DNA of 64,000 bases from Ptychomitrium polyphyllum. Taxonomy: Eukaryota. The stretch lies in NCBI GenBank assembly GCA_973851085.1, contig OZ316775.1, positions 16,988,001 through 17,052,000 on the forward strand, given 5' to 3'. Shown piece after piece: positions 23,908 through 38,700 of the stretch. The notes below the pieces were generated by a model. That model was not told where the DNA came from. It ran no database searches and worked only from the letters and a program-made list of their open reading frames with translations. Position 1 is the stretch's first letter. The number at the start of each line of letters is the position of its first letter. Both the position numbers and the translations under genes were made by a program.

Positions 23908-26900
23908 CTTCCGAGGTTCCTGTCGAGCTCAAGAGCTCAACCTGCGTAAATAAACAACAATCCCTAAACTGAGTAGCAGTCCCGCATTTCCATTGCAGCG
24001 AGCTCGTCAAGGAAAATGTACATGCTCGGATCAAGCTCCTCTCTTTAAGCTAGTTCCCAATTTCTGTGTCTGAACCATTGCTGCCAAGCTTTCTGCTGCC
24101 AAGTTAAATTCATTGCAAAGAACAATCTCTCCAATCATGAGCTGCTGATCGTGAGTAGCGTAAACTTACAAAAGATGAAGCTGATTAATGTGCAAGGAAG
24201 AATAAACCCCTGAGCGTCTAATGGAGTACAGGAGCTCTGCAAGACGACCGAGATTCTGCAGGTAACACGACGCTGCTCCTAGCTAGTCATACGGATGCTG
24301 CTGCTGCTGCAATTTGACCAAATCTCTTCCCAAGGCACTAAAAGCTTCACTCCGTTAAAAGCTGGCTTCGTCACTCATAAATGCACCTTCTAAGTGCCTC
24401 CCTGTCAAATCGTTCCTACGTTACTAGTACCCCAATGCCGAGTTCAATGTGATTCCTTCCTTCACTTGTAGCTATATTCCACTACAGACATTGCAATATA
24501 GAGTCCGTTACATGCGACTCACCGGTCATTTGTATTGCAGCTGCATTGTTTCGACATTCTTAACTAGCTGGGGTGTTTTCAACCCTCCATCTACAACTGA
24601 TACATGCCCGTGGGCTGTGACAGGGCACTACCAGTTTGCTATTGGCGCTCAAGGTCGACGCTAACCAACATGCAAACTGATTGAACATCCTACTCAGGAT
24701 TTGCAGTGCGTGACGACGCAGAGCTGGAAGGAGCAGGCTGGGGAGATCAATTGACTGATTCAGCAAGGCTGAAATCCTGGTGGTGCCAAATCCCAGATCT
24801 CATCAAGCAAGCAAAATCAGCTGTCATCATGGTTTCCCGTCACTTAACCAGCCGGCTATGATGCAGACTAGGCACTACTCTCTTCCAACTTCCACCGAAG
24901 TTTCTGCATGCACTCAAGCATTACTGCTTAGACTGCTAGTACTAAATTTCTTAATTTTCTTAAAACCTGGAGTTGCTTAATCATCAGGTTCAAGACGCAG
25001 TCTCATGCAGACTAACCAAGTGTTGATGCATGAGCTCGCACTGAGCAGAGTCCCTAATTTTCTTCATGAGCACTCTCTTTTACTCGTTTGTCAGAAACTG
25101 GCATTCAATGGTCTCGCTGTGTAGGGAGTAGGTCCTGGCAGGAAGAAGATCTGGGTTTATTTTTTTCTGCATAGAAAAAATTTATTTGTTTTTATAAGAG
25201 AATGTTTCTTTATTTGTTTATTCTTTTAGGACTGATTTTATTTCGTGTGGAAAACATGTGTGTGCGTGTGTTGATGTACACTCAGAGTAAGGGTATATCA
25301 ATATTTCCAGCTTGTTATGGTTATTTAGTACAGGTGTACCACCCTGCATTTATGGGAGAAAAGCCACCCCCAACAAGCTGCAGCTCTCAAGTGTCTGTAA
25401 TCCTTTTTCTTTTTTCTGTTGTTTTCTTTTTTTCCCTTTCTTACTTGTATCTACTCTCTAGAACTGCTTGGATCTTGACTCCTGAGAGGAGGAAGCTGCC
25501 ATAAGTTTGGAACTTTAATTACCCGTCAATTGACTTACTGGGGCTTTAAAGCTGTGATTTCATTGCTAGTAAGTGATAAGGTCTATTTTATGCATTTAAT
25601 GTAGCATGTCTCTGACATGCCACAGTTTCACTAAGCGTCACCCTATTGCACAGTTTTTTGAGCAGGCAGTGGTCAGGACTCAGGTTGTGAAAATGCTATG
25701 TAGGTTCACTTTCTCAGTATGACCTGAATTTCAGATGAGTGTATTATTGAAGGTTCACAAATGGCAAAATACTGCTACAAACTGCAGCCATGTCTGGACT
25801 CAGAAGCTGTGAGAGGTTAGAATCTGTGTGACATTAATAACAAGTATGCAGAGCCGTCACTTCACATGGGCCTTTGTCCTATAATGAAGGGCCTCTAAAA
25901 TTAGAACCTAAGCTGGTACAAGTGTATTCAAATTTCATGTATGGTTGCGTGCCCTTGAAATGAGTTCATTGTAATGATCAAATTAATGAATAAGTAATGT
26001 ACTTTGCTAATGAGATATACAAATCATTCAATTGCATCTCTCATTGCACTAAGTCTATAATAAAAACAAAATCTTTTCAGTTTCAACTTGTCTCATTTGC
26101 ATAAAGTTGGGGTGTAAATATGTCAATTAATTTTTTACTCATCTTGTGAAGTAATGTAATTGTAGAAAATCCATAACAATCTCTTTAATCAAATTTGAGT
26201 AAATGCATATCCAAATTCAAAAAGAAGTAACTTCTATACAATTTATATTGGAATTCAATTCAACATATTTAATTGGAATGCCATTAGATGATGAAAAAAT
26301 GGCTCCATAAAATTTCATTCATCAAAATTTACAAAATTTGTAAATAAGTGCCATTAAAAACTAAATAATATCCATTGTACAATAAAATATTTTTTTAAAG
26401 AACTAAATACGTACATTGAGGATTAATGATTTGGACTAATGTATAACCTTCATTTTCAAATGAATTTGATTTAATAAGAAAATATCATTTTCAATGTGTA
26501 CTTTTAAAGATCTAAGAGGAAAACATTTAAAGAATGTACTCACAAACAAAGTTAATTTTTCCTCATTTTTACTATAAAAGTCACTTTAGAACCCTATAAT
26601 CATGTTAGCATATAAAGTTTAAAGGAGATTAAAGCAACTTTAATTTACATGTAAAAAACTATAATCGCTTATCTTATAAGATATAAAATATCGAAGATCC
26701 ACAATTAATATCACCCTATTTTTGCTAAAACACACAATACACACAATTAAATTTCCTTCTGAGAATTTAATATATGCTTAATGATATGAGCTTAATTTTT
26801 CTCAATCCATGACAACTCTCTTCTGGCAGGAGCTCTGGAAGGAAGCAAGAAGCTTGGAAGTTCCTTTCTAGTGCAAAGATCTACACAAATTCATCATAAA

Positions 26901-29675
26901 TTCATCACTAAGCCAAGTTGGTTGAATTTCAGTAGATTCATCAATTATTTGAAGACTATATGCAAAGGGACATCATGGTCAGAGTTTATCACCAGAGGTA
27001 CATTTTAGGTCATGAGTCAATCAACTCAATGTTTGTGTTAATGAACAAGTACCCTTTCCTTACACATGCAACAAAGCAGACAAGCTTTACTCCTGTCAAA
27101 TTCTGCTGGTGCTTTGAGAACCCTGTTTCCTGCAACTTCACGACAAACCTGTTGCATTATCACCTAGCTTGGAAAATATCCAAAAAAGAGTGTTCCTACA
27201 TAGATGGTATTAAGCCCTACTAGAGGTTTGAAAATATCATTGAAAATGAAGTAACATTACACCAGGCCCCAGGCTCCAGTGGGGAGGAGAGGACACAGGC
27301 CCCAAGGAACCTGCCAGCAGTAATCAGAGAGTGACCCAAACCAGTTCCCATCTTTATCTGATATAGTTTTGCACCTTCCATTAGTGTTATTATATTCTAC
27401 TATTATGCCCTATAAGATTTGTAATATGAGTAGTTTTTTCATATGGTTGGTTTTCGATCACAAAACACTATACAATTCAGTATCTGTCATACCTGTCATA
27501 CGGTAGTTTCAAGATTTATGAAACCACCAATGCAAACTTCCCCTTCCCTTGTCAAACACTTTCTACCAGTACCAAACACAAGTCCATTAGCCTCATGATT
27601 TGACCCGAACTTAACAAATTATAATTCTTAATATATAGATACTAAACTCTCCTTCCTCAGTATGAAAGGAGAGACTTGCTAACTGTAATGGACCTCACAC
27701 TAATATGGAAGTAAGTTATGGTACTACCATTTGAGAACTTTGGCCTAGTGCAAAACTGAAGGAAATCATTAAGAAGTGAAGTACTCTGCTAGAATGTCAA
27801 CACAACCACAGCTTGCAATTGTTTCAAGTACTGGGAAGTAGTTGCTAGAGGAAGAAGTTGGTATTGTTGCTGTACACAGCTGGGCTGTGTGAAATATATG
27901 ATGTAATGAGCCATAGTAGTTTAGTGTGTCTAATTCTGTAACCATTTTCCATGCCAAAGAGATCCATCATTATTTGTGCAGAAAAAGGAAAAATGTTAAA
28001 TATTACATAATAAGTGCAGGAAAATGATGTTTATTGGCATATAATATTTAGTGTCATACTAAGTTTCTTTTAAGGTGACATTATTTATAAAACAAAATCT
28101 TATCAATATTTAGTATGACTGACACAAATTGGAAAATTTACATTTTGTATCAGAATACAATATTTAGAATTGATTATGAATAAATACCAATTTTAGTATT
28201 GGTGACAACCTAGTGTTTATAATATAATTTATTTGAGTATTTAATTACCACAAGCAAGACTTCCATGCATTATAAATAGAATTCTTTATGCTTTTTATTT
28301 ATGCAAGACTCTAGCATGTTCTTCAAAGTGCTCATTTTTCTTGACTATTTGTGTAAATACTTTCTATATTAGAAGACCTCTACATACTCTCAAAGCAAAA
28401 AAAATTCACTTAAGTTCCACTTTGACTTAGAGTAGCATTCCAGAGCCTTTAATAGATAGAAAGTAAATACAAGTTAAGATTTTTTATGTAATCGTCAACA
28501 GTCACCATGTTTTATTTTTCCCATTTTGATTATTGACATCAGTTTCTGGAGATACTTGGTAGTTCACAAAGCAGCTTTAGCCACAGAATTGACGCTTTGG
28601 AATTTGGAAAATCATTTGTAATAAGGTTGGTAGCAGGTACTGGCAGCAAATCAACTGCAGTCTGGTCTTGAGTGCAAATCATGTGATACAGACTCCCCAG
28701 TATAAGGAACTATTCCAAGAGAATTGCATGTTCACATCTCTTAAAGAAACCTCAGGAATATGGAAATATAAATATGAAAATTTTAGATCACTGTCTGGAA
28801 GGAAAGAAGAGGTAAAGGCAAAGAGATCTACACCGTCATTGAGAATATTGAAATGACCACGCTCCCGCTTACCATTTTCTCTTCCAGAAAGGTGGTTCTA
28901 AATTTTAACCTGGTGTTCCAAGCCATCACTGTGCATTGGGCCTCCTGCCAACCTAATGGCTCTTTATACTTTGTACTTGCATCATGTAATTTGGAATAGG
29001 GTATCGAGAAATATAGCCAACTGCAAAAGCAATGAGACATTAATCTACATAATAAAGAAGGGATTTTATTTTGTTTGTTTTGTTTGTGAAAGTGTTTCAA
29101 ATCTCCAAATCGCAACGTCCATGGAGAGGTTTTTAATACTGTGTAAAGGCTTTCAATTTAGGCAATTTCTCAAGTTTTGAACATATTGTATGATAATTCA
29201 TAATGTCCATAATTTTGTGATTTAAAAAAAGTTTGCACTATGATATGGAAACCATATTTGGAATAATAATTTCAGTTTAGGAAAACAACTCTTCAGTACA
29301 TATTTTCTTATAAACCATGATCTTGCTTCTACATTACAATTTTGAATTGGTAAATTTTAAAAAATGCTTATGAACGTTGGAACTACCAAAAATCTTCCCT
29401 TTACATTGGAAACATGTAATTTAACAAACAAGCAAAGTTGTATGTTGCAATATAGATGCTAATTATGGAATTTTAAATAAAAGAGCTATACCCTTGTTGA
29501 TTTTACATTACAAGTGTAAGAAGTGAAAATATTACATTACATAAAGGTATAATTTTTATACTTGAAAATATTTTTTGAATAAATGAATAATATTAAACTA
29601 ATTGAACTTTATAAATAGTACTTTCATGCCAATATGTTTTCATTTATGATTTCAATTATTATAAATTCCATTTGC

Positions 29676-29676
<1 letters not shown>

Positions 29677-29715
<39 letters not shown>
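29677..29715. repeat. (TAA)13 microsatellite
   Basis: Read directly from sequence. Confidence 0.95.
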
Positions 29716-29716
<1 letters not shown>

Positions 29717-30779
29717 GGATTTAATAGCATAATACTTTCATTTTTAAAATATAAAGCTTAAACCCAGTCTTAAAAAATGTTTAAATCTACAGTAAATGAA
29801 AATCACATGTTGTGCTGGTTTAACACAGAAGTGCTTGAAATGCAAATAAGTTGGTAATCACTCATGTACTTCACAGTCTATATTATTCTATCCTACTTAT
29901 GAATTGTAAAGTGTGGAATGAAGACTTGTCACAAGGAACTTGTAACGGTGTGCTATTTAGGACATCTTCTCCGCAATAAAACCTACGCACCTGTAACTGT
30001 GTTACAACAGGGATCATTCAAGGACTGTTGAGTTCCTGAAAAAAGACGGTACCGAATAGTCACCATTCATATCCTATGAGGTCAGCAATTGACAAGTTGA
30101 TGATGATGTACTCCGCCATTTATAAGTAGTTATGCGCCTCTATGGTCATCTGTCACTCAGCCTGTGTTTGTATTGTACCTCCCGATAGTGCTTCCCAAGC
30201 TCCAATCAATATTAACAAAAAAGTTGGTGGGAATTCTGTTGCCCCGAGCTTATCAGTCATACACCACCTTTGCGTCTACATTTAATTTTTAATCTCTGCG
30301 ATCATATCACTTAACGGTTCGTGAATTAGATTCAAAAGTCTCATCTTAGTTCCTCGTCTCAACTTGAATACTCATATGAACACGCAACCTTGTACTTTTC
30401 GATATTGTATTAAAGCTGAACATAGTTGATGTGCAACATACGGCGTACTGGATGTAAAATTGGGTATTCAATTTACAACTTAGATACTGTTTGTTGCAAC
30501 TCTTAACTCCCAATTCACGCCTTCATACATGATTGTTGGTCCTCAAAGCAATCAACTCCTAATCTCACCTGCTATGTGTCCCTGGTTGAACCGTTCATAA
30601 ATTGAAGACATTTTGCAAAAATAGAGCCCAAGTTTTCTACGTTCAGTTAACGAATCCATGAGTTGCACAACTCAAGAATGCCACATGCAACTAGGAGGCA
30701 CTTTCCTTGGTAAACAAGGAAACATGAATTTCCCCACCAGCTTTTTACGTGCGGTATAATTTGTATTCATAATATTAGC

Positions 30780-33700
30780 TCAGGATGAGCACGACAGCAT
30801 GCAAACCCCTGGACGATAAGCCCAGGCAGGTGGAAGCCTGGCATATTTCTCCATCCCAGGTTGGTCCTCGTAAGGCCGTTCCATGAGCTTCAGGAGGTTG
30901 TCAACTTCTGAATAGTCCCCTTGTTCTGCCAAATCAATAGCACTCTGTAACAAATAATTACGCAGGACATATCTTGGGTTGACATAATCCATCTGGGCCT
31001 TTCTTTCAGTTTCTGGGACACCCTCCGCAACCACCTGCCAGCAGAAACGTAAACCGTAACTCAGTATATCAGAATTGCTGACCCTTTTCGCACAACTACA
31101 AGAAGAATACAAAGAGAAGCGATCCACCAGAAATACAAATCTACGTACCAGTTCAACATACTGGTGCAACCAATCCAGCCAGACTTTCCTCCTTTCCTTG
31201 CTCAGATCAAGTAACGCATTTTTCAAAGGTGCAATCAGGTCATCATCTGAGGTTGTTGGTGTGGCCTTCACATTACCCAACGATCTGAAAAAATTTGTAT
31301 AGTCGACTTTGTCAAAAGCCATGTTGCTTAGAAGCTTGCTGAGCACATCTTTATTGTACGTTCTCAAACCAATTTTGCTGCTCATGAGTTGCTGATACAG
31401 AGACATAAATTTATCTGCATACCTGCAGATAAGAGCGTTTCAGGTGATACAGTTAGTTGCAAGTACGAGAGTACATGTGTGAGCTCGAACGAAGTTTAAT
31501 CCCTGGTAATGTATGAACCACCATTTCAATTTATTTCCTAGCATCATCTTCTTAAGAATACGATTTAAGGCACTGTAAGTAGTTAATTTACTACTGTACC
31601 GCTCGATAAAATCTAAGTACAACAGTACGCCCATGATAAGGAAATTATCAATTAAGCACATCATCATCACAGGGATGTAATAAACTTGCCTTCCAAGAGC
31701 AAATTGAGCCTCGTCTGCAGTAATGAGTTCTGCAGTGTATAGAGTGTTTGCCAACTGCATTACGTTCCACAGACCGATATCAGGTTGGTTGGCGAATCCA
31801 TAACGACGACCAGGTAGATCTGTAGTATTCGGTGTGTATTTGGGATCAAAAGCATCCAGAAACCCAAAAGGGCCATAATCAATAGTCAAACCCAATATAC
31901 TCATGTTATCCGTATTCATGACCCCATGTGTAAACCCAACTGCTTGCCACTTTGCAATCATAACTGCAGTTCGCTCTGCTATCTCAGTAAACCATGCTGC
32001 CATCAAACAAAGACCTCGTCAATGCAGTTACAAAAAAAGAAGAGCATGCCCAAATTCAAAATCGCCTCAATGATCAACCAGACAGTGTAAGCAGATCCGG
32101 TAAAAACAAAGATTAATAGCACAGTAAATAGATACCTGTGTACTTGTTTTTCGAGATGTCAATTTGAGGAGAATTATTTTCTCCTTTCTGGGAATCAGAA
32201 GAGCCCTCTAGTCCCTGCCGTTCAAATGGGAGATTTTCAAATTCAGAATAGTGATGATGGATTGTATAGTCAGCCAATTTTTTGACAATTGGTAGATCGG
32301 CCTTATCGCGGGCTGCATGAATCTGGAAAGACCCAAAGCGGATGAATGACGGGGCAACGCGACTAACAACAGCTCCTGGCTCCATTTTTACATTGCCGCT
32401 GAATACACAATACCAACACTTAAGTATTGACACTTTGACAGTTAAGCATCAACTTTAGATGGACTAACAGACATATGCTTGCAGACAACTACTCATACAA
32501 ACAAGAAGGTTTAACCCAATAACGCTCAATCAACCCAAAATTGGGTTAATGATTCATCCAGAGAAATTATTCCATGATGTGAGAAACTTGTTTCATCCAC
32601 AACAAAGTACTGCAGGCCTCAAGGACATATTAGCAAATAGCACATTGTAACAAGAACTTACTCATAAAACATGTCACGCAAAACCCCTTCACCAGTAGTC
32701 GCTAAGCTCAAGGCTCGTGTTGTGGGGACTCCCAAATAATACATGGCCTCACTGCAAAGAAACTCACGAACACTGCTCCGAAGTACAGCAAGCCCATCAG
32801 CAGTCCGGCTGTATGGTGTTTTACCAGCTCCCTTCAACTGCAACTCCCATCTTTCTCCTTTTAAATTTAACACCTCCCCCAGCGTAACTGCACGCCCGTC
32901 TCCCAGTTGTCCAGCCCACACACCAAATTGATGGCCGCCATAGCATTGAGCGTAAGATAGACTGCGACGCATCCAATACAACTATCAGAATACGTGATAT
33001 TGGACCGGCATACCCAAAAGTTGATTCTACGATGAACAAAATTGATTACAAACGACTCACTCAAAATACAAAACTCATAAGCTAGCTCAGAATCAGAGCT
33101 CACCTGCCCTTCAACTGAGAAGCCCCGGTAAAAAGAGAAGGAAAGTCTGGTCGCTCGAATCTGATAACACATAAAAACCACATTAGCGCACCGCTTAGGT
33201 GCTTACACAGTAGATATCAACAGGAGTTACTACATGTCGATAATAAAATAACTTAAGCATCACATTGGTATCTTTACAAGTGACAGATAGGAGATAAATA
33301 ACCTAAGCCCATCATAGATATTCGTTATAAACAATTCAATGTAGTCAATTTTATTTGTCTGAAGCAGAAATTTAACAGCTTTAAGGCGTGCATATCAATA
33401 ACGAAAACAGGCTTACTCTTCATCATCAAGGTCCAGTATGTCAGCAACGTGTTTTGACCAAGCAACCAGCTCCGGGTTTTTCACGTGCACTGAAGGAGTA
33501 ACCTTCGAGTAGCATGCGTGCAGCACCTGCTCAATCCACCAGAGTCAACTTCCAAGATAACATACACTAGCATATTAAGCATGCAACATTCTTATCTAGT
33601 TTATTTGATGACTCTTAAGTCATTTGCTTTACACGCCTAGGAGAAAGTTGCGAGTTAAATGGCATCATGTATCAAACTCATGCCACATACCCTACCCTCT

Positions 33701-35433
33701 CTGGAAAGTTTACGTGATTTGAAAAAGCAAGCCGTGGCTTATAGATAGAACTCTTGCCTCATTAGAATGTAAAATTTCTTCGTTTTATTAGACAAAATAT
33801 CACAAGAGAAGTACAAATAACATTTCATAGTTACACGTACCTGGCGAGTTGGACCACCAACGCGTTCGTCCCCTGGAAGCTCTCGAACAAATGAATGGTC
33901 CCAATTAAACTCCTCCAGCTTTTTCCTTCCGGAGCTGCCCGGAGTTTCGTCATCTTTTGATTTTCCCTGCTTACAGATATTTTTAAAAAGACATCCAATT
34001 TCAGTCTACAAAGTCTCATCAATAGCACGAACATTTTCAGTCTATCTTCTTTCCATTCACAATGAACACGAAATTCTGCACAGAGAAGTAGGAGGGACAA
34101 GCTCAGGACACAGAACACCACTCATGAGCGCGTAGAAAAGCCTAGACCTTCAGGAAGTTTCCTAAAAGCTCTGCTTACCAATTCCTAAATGCAAAGAAGA
34201 ATAGCGGCAAAAGACATATAAAGGCACCTACTCTAAGACAGAACTAAATGGCATTACTTACAAGAACGAAGCCTGCATTCTCTAACAAAAGTATCCCACA
34301 GGTTCTTATGCACGTATCTGTCAATACAGAAGTAGCGATAATCCACGCATCAAGATTCAAATGCCTATTTGCTGTTAAATACATGATCATTAGTAGAGCT
34401 GAGCCTCGAAATTCCCGTCTTAAGAATGGAAGTCACCGTTCACAAGGTTCCAAACCATCTACTCTATCATAGAAAATGGCAGTACACAATCCTCGATATC
34501 ATAAAATGCAGGGTTTTAGAACTGCTGCGTACAAGAAAGCCTAATCCAGTCACTGAATAGAAGTGCTCACGTCAACCAGAAAACAGACAAGAGTTGTTTA
34601 ATTCAACAAAACTTCAGAGCCTGATCAGTAAGCACCTCTGCAGCTCGGCACTAAGTCAAAGCGAGCCTTTAAAACGCTCAAGGATCAATTAGTTGGTTAA
34701 CTGCAAACCATCATCACTGATTACACAAGATCCATACGATGACGCATCCTTGTTCAATCTCAGCCACAATCAATCGATTCAAATCAAGCCCTAACCTCGC
34801 CACTCCGCCCTAAACATAAAATCACGCGAAACCAATTCGCAAACTACAACACCAGCACAACGATGCTACAAACAGCACTTGAGACCTGAACTGAAAACGC
34901 ACCAAGAAAAGGGAAGAAGATCAACAAAAAAACAAAAACGGCAAGCTAGTCACGAAGGCGCTGAAGTCCTCAACCAATTTCGGAACACGGACGACACACC
35001 ACTAACTACTAAAGAATCCATCAAACAATCATGAACAAACCTTGTCAAGACCTCCATCATCCAGTTTCAAATCCTTCAAATTCTCCGCCATCGCAGCAGT
35101 CGAGACGTCACGACCTCTACCCGGGACGGTCACCACTAAACCTCCTCCACTGACCTTACTCCTACACTCCACACTCTCACCCGCTGCACGACTTCTTCCT
35201 AGAGATAGGGCAGGGAATTCACCACCACCACCGCCACGACATGCTCTAACGACCGCCTCCTCCCGTCGGGATACGTGTCCTAGCCGATCATTATGAGATA
35301 AAACCCTAGGGAGGGCGAAGGGGGAGCAAACGGGGGCGGGATGTGGGCGGAAGTAGCTTCTTGGAATCGCGGCAGCGGAGGTGGAGACGGAGGCAGGAAT
35401 GCGGTGCGAGGCTGCGCGGAGCGAAGATGCCAT
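30780..35433 (-). CDS. SELO: Protein adenylyltransferase SelO (UPF0061/YdiU pseudokinase) with probable organellar transit peptide; exons 35433-35041, 33966-33841, 33526-33417, 33160-33104, 32961-32662, 32398-32136, 31996-31690, 31422-31149, 31034-30780 (~694 aa)
   Basis: [79 protein letters not shown] and C-terminal CMLSCSS. All intron phases are consistent (2085 nt total). The start codon is the least certain part. Confidence 0.92.
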
Positions 35434-35591
35434 CGCCAGGGAGAAAAATGGCGTCGTTCGGATCCTGTGCGGAGACCCTAGCCTGCTCTGCAGCACAAGA
35501 CCGCGACATGACGAGCCTGCCAAGGCATGCTCGTCGCTCCAGAGAGAAAATGACCTGCACCTCTCGTCATGGGTTCTGTTCCCGCCACACC

Positions 35592-35740
35592 GCCACGTCG
35601 TCCTTTTCAGCTGCCATGTCGGCCACATTGGTCGCCAACTTGTCCATGTAGTGGACACGTCGGCAGTTTTGGTTGACTTGTCGGCGCTTTCAGGCGCCAC
35701 GACGCTTACTTCTGAACTGGAGTACCGGCGTGACGTGTTC
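35592..35740 (-). promoter_or_regulatory. Cluster of ABRE and DRE/CRT motifs upstream of SelO
   Basis: Minus-strand ACGTGGC, a GCCGACGTGTC composite and two further GCCGAC, plus a TGACGTGT on the plus strand, all 160-310 bp upstream of the proposed ATG. Confidence 0.5.
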
Positions 35741-38700
35741 CGGCTCACATGTTCTGCCATTTGGCCTAGTCTGGGAACGATGTGGGAACTGATGTGGTAC
35801 TGCATTTCAGTGTTGGTCCTGCGACCGTTGAACTTACTGTTAGGAGTATATATACTAAAACCGTCATTGTACGTAAACCCAACGTCAGCTGCCTGAGTCC
35901 TGAACTTAGCTTCGCTATATCAATGTGGTGCGTACATGTGCGTGACATTCTCTACGCTGGAGGCCGTAGATGATGTCCGTTTCGGGTACAGTTGACGGTT
36001 TTGGGTAGGTGTTCCTTAGCTGAAGCGATGCTTGCGGATAGCGTAAGGGTACCTATTACAAACATCATACATGAGGTTAAGGGATGCATTGTTGCGACTT
36101 ATTACTGCATATTTAATCCCTCATGTGGATTTATTATAAATGAATATTGCTGTTGGTGTGAGTTATAAGAATTGTAGAAATTTAATAATAATTTGAAATT
36201 AGAACAAAGTGTGAGTCATAATAATTGTAGTAGTGTATGTATAGTTTAGTACATACTAATATTTTGGTATTCAAATTAATTTAAATAAAGTAATAAAATC
36301 ATTTTTTTTTATGATAGTATCTTTGAAAAACTAAAAATATTATCTAGAAGTTTTTATTATTATTTTATTTTATAATATTCTCTAAAAAATTTGACAAATT
36401 TCATCTTAAGATAAATGTTACAATTGATGTAAAATTTCACAATACTATTAGATCTCATAGTGATAGTAATCATTCATGTACATATAATAAATATGTGATT
36501 TAATGTTGATTTCACCAGTTGATTAAAAAATATTTTTTCTAAAAAAAAAAAATGATTAATTTTACTAGTTATATTTTATTAAAATCTTTTTTGATAAATA
36601 ATATCAATATCTTTTCTTGTAGAAAAAACTTTCACTTTGCAATTTGAAAAAAAATCAATATGATTGATAGTATATTGCATTTTTAGTATAATTAAACAAT
36701 ATCTATTATTCATCGATTGAGTCAATTTTGGATCTTTCAACCATCAATGCCTTTAATTGTTGGTTTCCTTATATTCAAAAGCAAAATAGTACCTCATTAA
36801 ACATTCATTAACATCTTCAAATTACAAAATACATATAGATTGGATACTTCTTATTTTAAAGCTCAAATTGGCATTTATTTTTGAATCAACAATCAGCTTA
36901 TAAATATTTAAAATCAATATAAAAATACAATCACTATTTGAAGTCATTTTGATTTAATATTTGTAATATCAATTAAAGAACACACTTTGCATGTGCTGTA
37001 TGTTTGAAGTTTTTTTTAATATATTAAATAAATATTAAAATATTATATTATAGAGGCATTATAAAAAAAATGCTTTTTATTTACACAACATCCAAAAAAT
37101 ACATATTTTAAAGTATTTGAATTATCCTTGTAAAAACATATGTATCTATAATATAATATTCTTCTTTTTAAAATAAAAAATATATTTGAAAACAAATATG
37201 GCACCATTTTTATGCACTTACTTACCAAAAAAAAGTTTAAAAACATTTAAAGACACTCAAGAGAGTACAATAAAGGAAATTATTCAAATAAATTCAAAGA
37301 ATCACAAAAAAAAAGCATATCTAAGATTTTTGAAAATTCAAAAAAGAGAGAATATCCAAGAAGATCCAAAAGAACATAAAAAATAAGAATATTCATAAAC
37401 ATTTAAGAAAGAAAAATGAAGATAACATTCTAAAATTCAAGGAAAAGATGAAAAGGAAAAAACATTTAGGAAAATTCAAGAGAAGTTGAAAATTATATCT
37501 TTTGGAAACAAAGGAGATTTTAGATAAATGGCTTAATAAATGATGAAAAAAATTTTATGTTTTTAATTTTATTGTTATTCTTCAATTCCAGTTGTAGTGG
37601 TGCCGAAAGAATAATCTAACATAATATGAATTGCAACTTTTAATATTTTTTATTTACAAACTTTCATCACTGTCATCCAAAAGTATAATTTTTTAATTCA
37701 TATACTCATTTTTTTTATAATAATTTTTTTTGAAAAGTAAGAGTATTATCTGAAAAATAAAAATTAAAAAGACAAAATTAATAAACAAAGCAACAAAACA
37801 TTAGAGTTATTTATTAAGTCTCCAAAATAGATATAAAAATAATCTATTTCAAAAAAAACATGGTGAAATCCTAAAAGGCAAGGTGAACAAGATATAAATA
37901 AAAAATAAGAGAGAAAAACTCAAAAGAAATAAAAAAATAATTCTTAATAAATTTTGGGAGTGTGCTTATATTCTTGGGAAAAAAGAGACTATGTATGATT
38001 TTTGTAGGATTCAACTTGCATGCCAGATCATGTATGATGCTTTGAAAGATTGAAGGAATAAATGTTGTGCAAAGAGGTTTAGAAGAATGCCTTTGTTTAT
38101 ATAAAATAACCTTTACATCTATAGTTCACAGTGTGAATTAAAATACCGTCTCACTAATTGAAATGATCCTTAGTTCACATATTTCTTTCTATATTGATGT
38201 GTGTTAAACATTTTGTAGTATTTGTGATGGATCTCTAGCCTATTTAACTTTTAGTGAGCAAGTTTAATGGTTATTATTTTTGGTAGCCTAATTAAAGATG
38301 TTTAGCTTCAATTATTTTATATAACTAAGTGGCTAGCAACTACCATGACTAGTAATTACAAAATGTGAGCCTAATAAGCACTTTAATTTTGGTAGCTCAC
38401 TAGAAGTATTCAACTTATCCTATGGGGTTATTTAATTATCAATTGATAACTTCTTGTCAGTGTTTTGTTTTCCACTGTTTAATGAGTTACTTGCTTACAA
38501 GTCTTAATAAGACCTCCAATTTTCATGCAATTTTAATATAGGCCATCTTGTCTAGTCGACCACCTTCAAATTCTCTAGTTGCAACATCAGTTAGCCCTCC
38601 AAGCACTCAATTAAAACACCGATTATACATAGACTCCAACACAAACTCTGTAACTACTCTTCTGCGATAATCAAATAACACCAAGGCCTAGCTATTATCC

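Noticed and set aside
22447..23972. Several overlapping antisense and alternative-frame ORFs over the GLOX gene
   Set aside because: Expected shadows of GC-rich coding sequence, with no independent motifs.
24400..30000. Short ORFs between GLOX and SelO
   Set aside because: No recognisable domains or consistent exon chain; composition fits promoter, UTR and intergenic DNA.
30780..30782. TGA at the end of SelO as a selenocysteine codon
   Set aside because: The Sec-equivalent position is already Cys (CMLS-C-SS) and the TGA falls after the conserved terminal SS. Land plants lack Sec machinery.
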